Part shown: positions 38,678 to 48,856 of the stretch, piece by piece | Layout of the letters: each line of letters starts with the position of its first letter | How positions within the stretch are numbered: position 1 is the stretch's first letter | DNA from: Prochloraceae cyanobacterium | GTDB taxonomy: Bacteria; Cyanobacteriota; Cyanobacteriia; Cyanobacteriales; JASJDA01 | Assembly (NCBI GenBank): GCA_030065755.1 | Contig: JASJDA010000030.1 | Span: 7,724-71,723 of the forward strand | Direction: 5' to 3' | Length of the DNA stretch: 64,000 nucleotides | Translations under genes and position numbers: made by a program | The notes under the pieces: model-generated | What the model saw: only the letters and a program-made list of their open reading frames with translations | Databases searched by the model: none | Told to the model about the DNA's origin: nothing

Positions 38678-39301
38678 TTGGCTACTATTTTAAGAACTTT
38701 GAGTTACAAATACCAGTGGTTTTACGATGGCATATCTAATCTAGCTGCTTTAGCTGTTGGTGGTGAAAATAGATTTCGTAATTTAGCTTTAGAACAATTG
38801 CCGATCGATAAAAATACTGAGGTATTAGACTTGTGTTGTGGGGCAGGTCAAACTACTAAAATTTTAGCCCAATACTCCGATCGCGTAACTGGTTTAGATG
38901 CCTCCCCAGTTGCCCTGACAAGAGCACAGCGAAATGTCCCTAATGCTAGGTATATCGAAGGTTTGGCACAAAATATGCCTCTAGAATCCGAGCGATTCGA
39001 TCTAGTTCACAGTAGCGTCGCTCTACACGAAATGAATCCTGACGAACTGCAACAAATTTTTCAAGAAGTTTATCGGGTCTTAAAACCAGGAGGAGTATTT
39101 GCCTTTATAGATTTCCACAAACCGACTAATGGGTTATTTTGGCCCCCTCTCGCCCTATTTATGTGGTTGTTTGAAACTCAGACTGCTTGGCAATTATTGC
39201 AGACCGATTTACTTGCTAAATTAGAGGAAACTGGTTTTAAAATTGCTCGACACAAATTATATGTAGGTGGTAGCTTGCAGGTAGCTCAAGCAAAGAAATA
39301 A
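38678..39301 (+). CDS. class I SAM-dependent methyltransferase
   Basis: 207 aa. Motif I VLDLCCGAGQ and post-I/II motifs (LKPGGVFAFIDF). TTG start in the ORF track. Confidence 0.8.
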   Translation: MATILRTLSYKYQWFYDGISNLAALAVGGENRFRNLALEQLPIDKNTEVLDLCCGAGQTTKILAQYSDRVTGLDASPVALTRAQRNVPNARYIEGLAQNMPLESERFDLVHSSVALHEMNPDELQQIFQEVYRVLKPGGVFAFIDFHKPTNGLFWPPLALFMWLFETQTAWQLLQTDLLAKLEETGFKIARHKLYVGGSLQVAQAKK

Positions 39302-39342
39302 GATTAAAACCAACCGAGTCCTCTAAAAATTAACTAAAACCT

Positions 39343-39906
39343 ATGTCCGCAAGAGCAATCTTACAGCCCGATCTGATTCTTGAGGGCCCCGTCGTCAGCC
39401 TTTCTCCAGAAATTATAGATCGATATCAACTCCAAGGTTTAATTTTGGACGTTGACGAAACTTTAGTACCTTTGAGCGAAAAAGATGTTTCTGAGGAATT
39501 AATCCTTTGGGTAGAGACAATTAGAGAACTAGCCTCCCTGTGGCTAGTTAGTAATAACCTCAGTGAAAGCCGTATCAGTAGGATTGCTCAGTCTTTGGAT
39601 ATACCTTATTTTGTCCGAGCCCGCAAGCCTTCTCGACGTAAGTTAAGACAAGCCCTTGAAGCTATGAACTTACCCGCATCTCAGGTCGCAATGGTGGGCG
39701 ATCGCCTCTTTACTGACGTGTTGGCTGGCAACCGACTCGGTATGTTTACTATTTTAGTAGAGCCTATGGTCGATCCTACTAAAGCTAACCCCTCCTATCA
39801 TTTACGCAATTTAGAAGTTTGGATATCTCAAGCTCTAGGGGTTTCTCTGGCTGCTGGCCAACAAAAATTTACTAAATCTAACAAATCGCAAGATATCGAA
39901 ATATAA
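39343..39906 (+). CDS. YqeG-family HAD-IIIA phosphatase
   Basis: 187 aa. HAD motif I LILDVDETLV, SNN motif, and MVGDRLFTDVLAGN motif IV. Confidence 0.8.
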   Translation: MSARAILQPDLILEGPVVSLSPEIIDRYQLQGLILDVDETLVPLSEKDVSEELILWVETIRELASLWLVSNNLSESRISRIAQSLDIPYFVRARKPSRRKLRQALEAMNLPASQVAMVGDRLFTDVLAGNRLGMFTILVEPMVDPTKANPSYHLRNLEVWISQALGVSLAAGQQKFTKSNKSQDIEI

Positions 39907-39970
39907 AAAAAACATTACGAAATAAAAGATTACGTAAAATCTCTGAGATTATAAGTTCAGTTAAGTTTTA

Positions 39971-40060
39971 AATGGGGTCAGCCAAAATAAAGACCCTAAA
40001 TATAAAAAATACCTGGAGAATGGGGTCAGCTTATATAAAGACCCTAAACATAATAAAAAC
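39971..40060. repeat. two tandem ~48-bp repeats, each with a GGGGTC..GACCCT hairpin
   Basis: aatggggtcagccaaaataaagaccctaaatataaaaaat followed by aatggggtcagcttatataaagaccctaaacataataaaaac (tggggtcagc at 39973 and 40021). A third hairpin agcgtcag..ctgacgct lies at 40066-40099. Confidence 0.75.
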
Positions 40061-40127
40061 AAGAGAGCGTCAGTCCTACACTATAGTAGTTCTGACGCTA
40101 TTATAAATTGTTACTCTTTCAGAGAGA

Positions 40128-41237
40128 ATGCCTCAAACCCTGGTAGTCAAAATAGGCACTTCTAGTCTTACCCGACCTGAAACTGGTCAACTAGCACTTT
40201 CAACGATCGCTTCTTTAGTAGAAACTTTAACTCGTTTGCGTCGATCGCTTTACCGAGTAATCTTAGTATCTTCGGGAGCAGTAGGAGTTGGTTGCGCGAG
40301 ACTCGATCTCAAAGAGCGACCTCGAAAAATGCCCGTTAAACAAGCAGTAGCAGCGGTCGGTCAAGGAAGATTAATCAGAGTCTACGACGACTTCTTTACT
40401 AGCCTGCAACAGCCAATTGCTCAGGTACTGCTTACACGTCGGGATCTTATGGAACGGAGTTGCTACGTTAATGCCTACAACACCTTTGAAGCCCTTCTAG
40501 AATTAGGAGTAATTCCCATAGTTAATGAAAATGATACTTTAGCTGTAGACGAGCTGAAATTCGGCGACAATGACACTCTATCAGCTAGAGTTGCCAGTCT
40601 ACTTAAAGCAGACTGGTTATTTCTTCTGACCGATGTCGATCGGCTGTACTCAGCAGATCCTCGAGTAGTACCCGACGCTCAACCTATTAATCTAGTTACT
40701 TCTACTGATTTCGATCGATTACAAGTAGAAGCTGGTTCGAGTTCTAAATGGGGAACTGGAGGTATGTTAACAAAATTAACTGCCGCTCGTATTGCTACTT
40801 CTGCTGGAGTCAGAACAGTAATTACTCAAGGAAAACAGCCAGAAAATATTGAAAAAATCTTACAAGGAGAACATATAGGAACTCAGTTTGAACCCCAGTC
40901 CGCTATGGTAGATAAAGCTCGCAAGCGCTGGATCGTTAACGGTTTGGAGCCCAAGGGGAAGCTTCATCTAGATGAAGGAGCAGTGGTGGCAATTTGTCAA
41001 GGGGGTAAATCATTATTAGCTGCTGGTATTACCCAGGTAGAAGGGAATTTTAGTAGCTCCGATGCCGTGCAGTTGTGCAATAGTAAAAGTAAAGAAATTG
41101 CGAGAGGAATTGTCAACTACAACAGCGCAGAAATAGAAAAAATCCAAGGACACCATTCAGAAAAGATTCCCCTGCTGCTGGGCTACGCTGGGTCTGAAAC
41201 AGTAGTTCATCGGGACAATCTAGTCTTGAGAGATTGA
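40128..41237 (+). CDS. proB: glutamate 5-kinase
   Basis: 369 aa. Amino-acid kinase domain ([20 protein letters not shown]) plus a C-terminal PUA domain. Confidence 0.95.
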   Translation: MPQTLVVKIGTSSLTRPETGQLALSTIASLVETLTRLRRSLYRVILVSSGAVGVGCARLDLKERPRKMPVKQAVAAVGQGRLIRVYDDFFTSLQQPIAQVLLTRRDLMERSCYVNAYNTFEALLELGVIPIVNENDTLAVDELKFGDNDTLSARVASLLKADWLFLLTDVDRLYSADPRVVPDAQPINLVTSTDFDRLQVEAGSSSKWGTGGMLTKLTAARIATSAGVRTVITQGKQPENIEKILQGEHIGTQFEPQSAMVDKARKRWIVNGLEPKGKLHLDEGAVVAICQGGKSLLAAGITQVEGNFSSSDAVQLCNSKSKEIARGIVNYNSAEIEKIQGHHSEKIPLLLGYAGSETVVHRDNLVLRD

Positions 41238-41366
41238 ACTGCGATCCCCAAATATGCCCCAATTGATAACATTTTATTGTTGGATATAAGTTTGAAAGTA
41301 TGCCAAGATGTTATTATTGATAAGGTATAGCTATTTTAACCATTTAATTAATATAGGGCAATAATC

Positions 41367-42965
41367 ATGGCGCAAGCACCTGTATCTCCGGTAGTGCTAG
41401 TCATCTTAGATGGCTGGGGTTATCGCGAAGCAACTGATGCAAACGCTATTGCCGCTGCTAAGACGCCAGTAATGGACAGTCTGTGGGAGGCATATCCGAG
41501 AACTCTAATTAGCGCATCCGGTAAACAAGTAGGACTACCTGCAGGTCAAATGGGTAACTCCGAAGTAGGACACCTAAACATAGGTGCTGGAAGAGTTGTT
41601 CCTCAGGAATTAGTCCGCATTACTGATGCCGTAGAAGATGGATCTCTCCTGCAAAATCAGGCTTTAGTAAAAGCTTGTGAAGAGGTCCGCGCAAGGGGCG
41701 GTAAACTGCATTTAATTGGCTTGTCATCTGTTGGAGGAGTTCATTCTCACTTACTACATTTATTGGGATTATTGGACCTAGCCAAAGCACGAGCAATAGA
41801 GGATGTCTGCATCCACGTAATTACTGACGGTAGGGATACTTCTCCTACAGATGGAATCAAAATTATAGAAAAAATTCAAGATCGGATCGAGGAAATTGGT
41901 GTAGGGCGCATAGCAACAATTACAGGTCGTTATTACGCTATGGATCGCGATCGTCGTTGGGATCGCACCCAATTAGCATACGAAATAATCACCTCCGACG
42001 GCACGGGAGACGGACGCACTCCCCTAGAAGTCGTCAAAGATTCCTATGCCGAAGATATTACCGACGAATTCATTAAACCTACAAGAGTCGCCCCTGGTGC
42101 AATAGAACCTGGTGATGGGGTAGTTTTCTATAACTTCCGCCCCGATCGAGCTAGACAACTCTGCTATGCTTTGGTCAGTCCAGATTTTAACGGATTTGAA
42201 CGGGAAATAATTACACCTCTAAGCTTTGTCACTTTTACTCAATACGACCCCAACTTACCAGTGTCGGTCGCTTTTGAACCCCAAAATCTGACCAAAATTT
42301 TGGGGGAAGTAATTGCTGAAAGAGGATTAAAACAGTTTCGCATCGCCGAAACCGAAAAATATCCCCACGTTACTTATTTCTTTAATGGTGGCAAAGAAGA
42401 ACCCTTTCCAGGGGAAAAACGGGAACTAATTCAAAGTCCCATGGTCACTACCTACGATAAAGCACCTCGAATGTCAGCCGAACCGGTCACAGAGGGAGTT
42501 TGTGCGGCTATAGAGTCGGGGATTTACTCAATGGTAGTAATCAACTACGCTAACCCCGATATGATCGGACATACGGGAAATATAAAAGCAGCAACTCAAG
42601 CCATTGAAACAGTCGATCGATGTTTGGGACGCTTGCTGAGAAGTGCTAATAAAATGGGTGGGACGGTCTTAATTACCGCAGATCACGGCAATGCTGAATA
42701 TATGAGAGACGATCGAGGAAATCCTTGGACGGCTCATACCACTAATCCCGTACCTTTTATTTTAGTAGAAGGGGAAAAACGCAAAATACCTGGATACGGA
42801 ACCGAAGTATTACTGAGAGAGGACGGCTGTTTAGCAGATATTGCCCCGACAATTCTGGAAATCTTACAATTACCCCAACCAAAGGAAATGACTGGTAGCT
42901 CTTTGATTAAACCAATAGAGTTTCAAGTAAGATCTAATCGGACTCCCGTACGCATTTCTCTCTAA
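41367..42965 (+). CDS. gpmI: 2,3-bisphosphoglycerate-independent phosphoglycerate mutase
   Basis: 532 aa. VLVILDGWG, MGNSEVGHLNIGAGR and ITADHGNAE motifs of iPGM. Confidence 0.95.
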   Translation: MAQAPVSPVVLVILDGWGYREATDANAIAAAKTPVMDSLWEAYPRTLISASGKQVGLPAGQMGNSEVGHLNIGAGRVVPQELVRITDAVEDGSLLQNQALVKACEEVRARGGKLHLIGLSSVGGVHSHLLHLLGLLDLAKARAIEDVCIHVITDGRDTSPTDGIKIIEKIQDRIEEIGVGRIATITGRYYAMDRDRRWDRTQLAYEIITSDGTGDGRTPLEVVKDSYAEDITDEFIKPTRVAPGAIEPGDGVVFYNFRPDRARQLCYALVSPDFNGFEREIITPLSFVTFTQYDPNLPVSVAFEPQNLTKILGEVIAERGLKQFRIAETEKYPHVTYFFNGGKEEPFPGEKRELIQSPMVTTYDKAPRMSAEPVTEGVCAAIESGIYSMVVINYANPDMIGHTGNIKAATQAIETVDRCLGRLLRSANKMGGTVLITADHGNAEYMRDDRGNPWTAHTTNPVPFILVEGEKRKIPGYGTEVLLREDGCLADIAPTILEILQLPQPKEMTGSSLIKPIEFQVRSNRTPVRISL

Positions 42966-43078
42966 AAAACTTCCATAGAATCGCGGCAATATGGTATAGT
43001 AATTAAATGGCTAAAATAGCTAACATACTATCCTTTTGCTGCGGCTATTAGGTTGCGATCGAATTTTAGAAATTTGCG

Positions 43079-43315
43079 ATGAAAGTCGAACAACTAGTTC
43101 AAATTGTTTGGGCAGTTTCTGCTGTACTGCTCGTTGTTTTAGTCTTACTTCACAGTCCCAAAGGTGACGGTTTAGGAGGAATAGGCGGACAAGCTCAATT
43201 ATTTACAAGCACCAAGAGTGCAGAAAAAGCACTTAACCGCATAACTTGGGTTTTGAGCATTACCTTTATTGCTTTAACGATCGTCTTGAGTGCGGGTTGG
43301 TTGAGAACGAGCTGA
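43079..43315 (+). CDS. secG: preprotein translocase subunit SecG
   Basis: 78 aa. Two TM helices with the central LLHSPKGDGLGGIGG motif. Confidence 0.85.
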   Translation: MKVEQLVQIVWAVSAVLLVVLVLLHSPKGDGLGGIGGQAQLFTSTKSAEKALNRITWVLSITFIALTIVLSAGWLRTS

Positions 43316-44076
43316 AATTTACAACACTAAAATATCTCGTTTTTTTGGGAGTATCTGTTGCAATTAGTCTCGTGCTATTTTGGACGGGTTTTGAGGTAGT
43401 AAAAGCAGAAGAATCAGTTTATTCTTTACCTGCTTTGCAAACTCATCCTTTACCTTCTTCTTTAGTCCATTGGAAAGACGAGCGCAATGGAGGAGACTAT
43501 TTTAACCAAATACGATCTACCCCTGTGGGATATTTGGTGTGGTCTGAGTTTCCTCTAAAAATATACGTACAGCGACCTAGTAATTCTAGGGATGGAGAAG
43601 CCAGTTTCGATCGCTTTCAACAATGGGTAGATGCTGTTTTAAGCGCAGTGGATGAATGGAATGAATATTTACCTTTAGTAGAGGTGGAACGAGAAGAATT
43701 AGCTGATATTGTTATTAAGCGATCGCTTCCTCCATTGAAGGCAGAAATTAATCCCGAAACAGGTTTATTCGATATATCTCCAGTTCGTTCTGGTCAAACT
43801 AAATATAAAATATACTTGCGATCGGGTAGTACTCCAGTTTTATCCCATCGCATGACTGTAGAAATTAGTCCCACTCAAAGCAATGATTCTATAATAGCTA
43901 CTGCTCGCCACGAATTAGGTCACGCTTTAGGAATTTGGGGACACAGTACTGAAGAAACCGACGCTATGTATTTATCTGGAGTGCGCAACCCACCCCCTAT
44001 TTCTCCGAGAGATATTAACACCCTCAAAAAAATTTATCAACAACCAACTAGACTCGGTTGGAGTTTACAAAATTGA
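43246..44076 (+). CDS. matrixin-like zinc metallopeptidase (membrane-anchored or secreted)
   Basis: HELGHALGIWGH zinc-binding motif near the C-terminus and an N-terminal hydrophobic anchor (YLVFLGVSVAISLVLFW). The ATG at 43246 overlaps secG by 70 nt. An in-frame TTG at 43297 is a plausible alternative start. Confidence 0.7.
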   Translation: MGFEHYLYCFNDRLECGLVENELKFTTLKYLVFLGVSVAISLVLFWTGFEVVKAEESVYSLPALQTHPLPSSLVHWKDERNGGDYFNQIRSTPVGYLVWSEFPLKIYVQRPSNSRDGEASFDRFQQWVDAVLSAVDEWNEYLPLVEVEREELADIVIKRSLPPLKAEINPETGLFDISPVRSGQTKYKIYLRSGSTPVLSHRMTVEISPTQSNDSIIATARHELGHALGIWGHSTEETDAMYLSGVRNPPPISPRDINTLKKIYQQPTRLGWSLQN

Positions 44077-44151
44077 GACTGGGATATTTTATCAATAGTT
44101 TTAATAATTGTTCAGGATAATTAATGGTATTAGCTACGGATAAAAGAACAG

Positions 44152-45705
44152 ATGGGCAATCGGCAACGGCAACAAACCATAATTACTCTTTCTGGTTTTT
44201 CAGCATTTGCATTCTGCCTAGCAGGACTTGCAGGATGGCAGTGGCAACAAGCAGAAAAACAAACAAAAATTGCCAATTTAGAGGCTAAAGCTATTGAAGC
44301 AGAAAACCTGATTTCTACTAATTCTGTAGAGGGGCTAGTTATGGCAATGGCGGCTATTGGTGAAAGAAGTCAATATAGGTTAGAAAAAAAACTTCCTAGA
44401 GTTTACTTTAGTTTGTCAAAAACAACGGAAGCTGTTGGAGAAAGACTAAGGCTCACAAATCACACAGGTGAGGTGACTTCGGTACTTGGGTCGGGTAATT
44501 GGCAAGATTTACTAACTCTAGCTTGTAACAGATTGCGATATCATTCTGTACTGTTAGAAGCTGAAACCCAAGATGCTAAAACTGCTGGTAATGCTTGTTT
44601 AGAATATAGTTACTGGAATAATAGTAAAAAAGCCGAATTTCAGCGCGATCGCGGTTTAGCCATCTCTGGTCAAGGTAAATATTCTCAAGGTGCGCTCGAA
44701 CTTGAAGAAGCTAAAAAAAGAGACTTCACTATAGACCTCAATCCTGGCACTGAAAAAGTTGAAAGAAATCCAGATGAAGTAGCTAAACAATTGGCAGCAG
44801 CAGCAATAGTACAACAAGCGAGCGCACTAGCCAAAGATGAAAAAATAGATGAAGCGATCGTCTTATTTAAAAAAGCGCAAACATTCTCTTCTGAAATTGA
44901 CCTCAATCCCGATACCAAAAAATTAGAAATAGACCCCAATCAAGTAGCCAAACAACTAGCGGCATTGGCTATGGTCCGACAAGCGAAACAATTAAACGAA
45001 AAAGAAAGAATACAAGAAAAGATCGATGTTTATAATAAAGCGATAGAATTCCATCCTAATTACACTTCTGCTTACTATGAGCGCGGTTTAGTTTACTCCC
45101 ACCAGGAAAAATGGGAATTAGCCATTGCTGATTACACTAAAGCTATTCAAATCGATTCTAATTTTGCTGGTGCTTACTATGAGCGCGGTTTAGTTTACTC
45201 TCACCAGGAAAAATGGGAATTAGCTATTGCCGATTACACTAAAGCTATTCAAATCCGTCCTGATGTTTCTTCTGCTTACTATGAGCGCGGTTTAGTTTAC
45301 TCTCAACAGAAAAAATGGGAATTAGCTATTGTCGATTACACTAAAGCTATTCAAATCCGTCCTGATGTTTCTTCTGCTTACTATGAGCGCGGTTTAGTTT
45401 ACTCTCAACAGAATCAATGGGAATTAGCTATTGCTGATTACACTAAAGCCATCCAAATCGATTCTAATTTTGCTGATGCTTACTATGAGCGCGGTTTAGT
45501 TTACTCCCACCAAGAAAAATGGGAATTAGCTATTGCTGATTACACTAAAGCTATTCAAATCGATTCTAATTTTGCTGGTGCTTACTATGAGCGCGGTTTA
45601 GTTTACTCTCGCCAGAATCAATGGGAATTAGCTATTATCGATTACACTAAAGCTATTCAAATCCGTCCCGATCTTTCTTCTGTTTACTATGAGCTGATTG
45701 ACTGA
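44152..45705 (+). CDS. TPR-repeat protein with N-terminal TM anchor
   Basis: 517 aa. TM helix (FSAFAFCLAGLAG), then a GNWQDLLTLACNRLRYH tail-like motif. The C-terminal part has six and a half near-identical 34-aa TPR units (AYYERGLVYSHQEKWELAIADYTKAIQIDSNFAG). Confidence 0.85.
   Translation: MGNRQRQQTIITLSGFSAFAFCLAGLAGWQWQQAEKQTKIANLEAKAIEAENLISTNSVEGLVMAMAAIGERSQYRLEKKLPRVYFSLSKTTEAVGERLRLTNHTGEVTSVLGSGNWQDLLTLACNRLRYHSVLLEAETQDAKTAGNACLEYSYWNNSKKAEFQRDRGLAISGQGKYSQGALELEEAKKRDFTIDLNPGTEKVERNPDEVAKQLAAAAIVQQASALAKDEKIDEAIVLFKKAQTFSSEIDLNPDTKKLEIDPNQVAKQLAALAMVRQAKQLNEKERIQEKIDVYNKAIEFHPNYTSAYYERGLVYSHQEKWELAIADYTKAIQIDSNFAGAYYERGLVYSHQEKWELAIADYTKAIQIRPDVSSAYYERGLVYSQQKKWELAIVDYTKAIQIRPDVSSAYYERGLVYSQQNQWELAIADYTKAIQIDSNFADAYYERGLVYSHQEKWELAIADYTKAIQIDSNFAGAYYERGLVYSRQNQWELAIIDYTKAIQIRPDLSSVYYELID
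45043..45705 (+). repeat. 102-bp tandem repeat array (about 6.5 units) encoding the TPR units
   Basis: gcttactatgagcgcgg recurs at 45070, 45172, 45274, 45376, 45478 and 45580. A variant gtttactatgagctg occurs at 45682. The period is exactly 102 bp with few substitutions. Confidence 0.9.
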
Positions 45706-45747
45706 CAAAAGTTGTTACAAAAAATCATTTTTTCAACAAGAGGTAGA

Positions 45748-45787
45748 ACTTCTGACTTCTGACTTCTGACTTCTGACTTCTGACTTC
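45748..45787. repeat. tandem heptamer repeat (ACTTCTG x5 plus a partial unit)
   Basis: acttctg repeated five times in perfect register, between the convergent TPR and deacetylase genes. Confidence 0.9.
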
Positions 45788-45836
45788 GTGAAATATTCTT
45801 GTGGTATTCCCTGAAGAGGAAATTCAGGGATATTAA

Positions 45837-46766
45837 CTATCTCAAACAACTTTCTATTGTTGCTAGTACAGATTGGGCTAAGGAATTAAGATCGTAGCCT
45901 CCTTCTAGTCCGAAGAGAATGCGACGAGTAACCTTCAAACAGCGATCGCTAAATATGCCATAATCTTTTGGTTGTAAGGAAATTCCAGCTAAGGGATCGT
46001 CGTGATTTGCATCGTAACCAGCACTAACAATTAATAAATCTGGCTTAAAGTTAGTTAGAAAGGGAATAACTTTTTCTTCAAAGGCTGGTAAATACTGGGC
46101 AATTGTACTACCTGCAGCCATTGGCACGTTTAAGACGTTATCGTATTTGCCTTTATCTGTAGCGCTTCCAGTTCCAGGATAACAGGGATATTGGTGTAGT
46201 GAACAATATGCTATTTGAGGATTGTTTTCGACGATCGCTTCCGTACCATTACCGTGATGTACGTCCCAATCCAGAATCGCAACCCGATCGACATCGGAAA
46301 GAGAGAGTGCGTAGTCAGCGGCGATCGCTGCATTAGAAAACAGACAAAACCCCATACCAGTTTTGCTAGTAGCGTGATGACCTGGAGGACGAGAAAGTAT
46401 GAATACTGGTTCTCCTGTAGCTAACACCCGATCGACTCCATCTAACCAAGCACTCACTGCTAATAAAGCGATATCGTAACTATTTTTAGAAACGGGGGTA
46501 TCCATGTCTAACATTCCCCCACCGCTTTCAGCAATTTGCTGAACTCTGTTAATATATTCGGCTGCGTGCAGCTTTTGGACGATCGGCAATAGGTCTCTTT
46601 TGTCTGTTGGGGTAGGTAACTGCCAATCAATTTTATCAGCCCAAGAAGCCGATCTTATAGCTTCGACAATCGCAGTTAAACGTTCGGGTCTTTCTGGATG
46701 AAAGCGACCTGTTTGGTGTAGGAGAAAATCATCAGAATAGATAATCGGCAGCATCATTGATGGCAA
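45837..46766 (-). CDS. histone deacetylase-family (arginase-fold) deacetylase
   Basis: 309 aa. SRPPGHHA and LDWDVHHGNGT motifs, and the GGY motif near the C-terminus (LEGGYD). Confidence 0.85.
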   Translation of the reverse strand: MPSMMLPIIYSDDFLLHQTGRFHPERPERLTAIVEAIRSASWADKIDWQLPTPTDKRDLLPIVQKLHAAEYINRVQQIAESGGGMLDMDTPVSKNSYDIALLAVSAWLDGVDRVLATGEPVFILSRPPGHHATSKTGMGFCLFSNAAIAADYALSLSDVDRVAILDWDVHHGNGTEAIVENNPQIAYCSLHQYPCYPGTGSATDKGKYDNVLNVPMAAGSTIAQYLPAFEEKVIPFLTNFKPDLLIVSAGYDANHDDPLAGISLQPKDYGIFSDRCLKVTRRILFGLEGGYDLNSLAQSVLATIESCLR

Positions 46767-46811
46767 TTTAAGGTTCTGACCAATTTAAATTTAAAATTAT
46801 ACCCGATTTAT

Positions 46812-48206
46812 TTAGATAGAGGACATTTTTATTGGTTTTTGTTTAATATGTGGCAGTTTGTCTTTTTCCGCCATTGTTTCAATAATTTTTAGCAATTTAG
46901 AATGTTCTTTGTTTGTCATTTCAATATGGGGATCTTTCTTTCTGGATTGTAGGGTGCGTCTATATTTTTGCCAAAAAGACTTCTCAATTTCTATTTCGTT
47001 CAATTCAAAGGGAAGTTGTATCTTCACGACCAAGGCGAATTCGCATTTCTTTTCTATTCCTTGAATTAATAGATCGCTACAACCAATTTCAACTTGTAAT
47101 TCGCGAAATGAATTTAAGAATATATGCCAATCAATACCGCTTCTAAATATTAATTCAACCGTCTTTGTCGTGTTGTGGAAGATTTTGCTGAATTCTCCTG
47201 GAACGAAATTTTTATTAGCATCGCGGGGACGACGTATGGAGCGATCGCTGCTGGAGTAAAAATATTTACATGTCACTTCTTCAAAATTAGTTTCGCTGTC
47301 AATTTGCCAATCTTCTATACACGCTCCAGTGAATACAGCTTTGTTAAAGTTGCTGTGCAGTGCTTTGACTCGACTCAAAGAACAATGACTAAAATCGGCT
47401 TCGATAGCATTAGCGCGACAGAGGTTAGCTCCCCTCAGATCTGTTTCAATGAGTTTGGCTCTGCTTAAATTAGCTGTTCTCAAATCGGCTATAGTTAAAG
47501 ACGCTTTTCTGAAGTCAGCTTCAATAAGTTTAGCTCTCCAGAGATTTGCTCCTCTTAAATCGACTTGGATTAATTTAGCTCGAAAGAGATTAGCTGCTCT
47601 TAAATCTGCTTCAATTAAAGAGGCTTTAATCAGATTTGCTTTCCACAAAGTTGCTCCACTGAGGTCGGCTTCAACAAGACTAGCTCCGCTGAGGTCTGCT
47701 TTTTTCAGGTTGGCTTCAATTAACTTAGCTCCGTTGAGTTTAGCTCCTCTGAGATTAGCTCCTACTAGTTGAGCTGCGCAAAGATTGGCTCTACCGAGGT
47801 AAGATCTACTCAAGTTACTCTCAACAAATTTAGTTCTACTCAGGTTGCTTTTGTTCAGATTAGTATCTATTAATTTAGCTCCGCTCAGATCTGCACCTCT
47901 AAGGTCCGCTCCACTGAGATCTGCACCTCTAAGGTCTGCTCCTCTTAGATAAGCACCCCTGAGATCCGAGCCCCTCAGATGGGCTCGCTCTAGATTTGAA
48001 CTGCTCAAATCTGCTCCTATGAGGTTGTTTCCACTAAGATTGACTTTAGTTAAGTCCGCTCCGCTCAAATTAACTCTCAACAGATTCAATCCACTAAGGT
48101 CAGCTTTACTGAGGTCTAGCAAGATTTGAGGATTTTTGCTTCTCCACTTATTCCATTGCCCTACTTCTGTGTTGAGAATTTTGTTGAGATGTTCTTTATT
48201 TGGCAT
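46812..48206 (-). CDS. pentapeptide-repeat protein
   Basis: 464 aa. About 55 consecutive A(D/N)LxX pentapeptides (ADLSGADLRGADLSGAKL..), followed by a ~150-aa C-terminal domain common in cyanobacterial pentapeptide proteins. Confidence 0.85.
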   Translation of the reverse strand: MPNKEHLNKILNTEVGQWNKWRSKNPQILLDLSKADLSGLNLLRVNLSGADLTKVNLSGNNLIGADLSSSNLERAHLRGSDLRGAYLRGADLRGADLSGADLRGADLSGAKLIDTNLNKSNLSRTKFVESNLSRSYLGRANLCAAQLVGANLRGAKLNGAKLIEANLKKADLSGASLVEADLSGATLWKANLIKASLIEADLRAANLFRAKLIQVDLRGANLWRAKLIEADFRKASLTIADLRTANLSRAKLIETDLRGANLCRANAIEADFSHCSLSRVKALHSNFNKAVFTGACIEDWQIDSETNFEEVTCKYFYSSSDRSIRRPRDANKNFVPGEFSKIFHNTTKTVELIFRSGIDWHIFLNSFRELQVEIGCSDLLIQGIEKKCEFALVVKIQLPFELNEIEIEKSFWQKYRRTLQSRKKDPHIEMTNKEHSKLLKIIETMAEKDKLPHIKQKPIKMSSI

Positions 48207-48856
48207 ATTTCTACAAGCTATTTTAGTGAGATAAAAATTAGGTAAAAATCGCCAGGTTCTTCAAAATCCTCTCAATTTTCACCAATCCAAGTTTTCAAAA
48301 TTTTGTAATTTTAAAATTTGCCTACTTTTGGCGATATAAATCCTGATTTTTCCTTTTATTCAATTCTTTTAGTAGTACATCTACATAGAATGATAAATAG
48401 GAGCTAAGTTAGATTACACATATATAATAATCTCAATTATCCCTAAATAGGGAAATATGTAGTTTTAGTGAGAAAAATTGACAAAATATATTCGATTTAA
48501 CTTGTTTGACAATAATTTAAAAAATTAGCAATAATGTTCGTGGTTTTTTATTCAGCTAGAAACCAGCTAGCTATTAATGATTAGGAATTTTGGCAGTTTT
48601 TATAGTTAAGCTAGGAACAGATCTCGATAACTTATATTTTGTTAACTGGAACAACGATCTATTGCGATCTGACAACTGACGGCGCGGCGATCGATAGAAA
48701 AAAATGCTTGCTCGAGAATATCTGTCAAAAGAAGAGAATATATGTTATAATTACGAGGTAAATTGGCAATATTTGTCTTTTTTAAAGTTAAAAAGGGAAA
48801 TAAAAATGTATATCCCCATTTTAACTAGATTATTCGGATTTTAATGGAGTTGCCTT

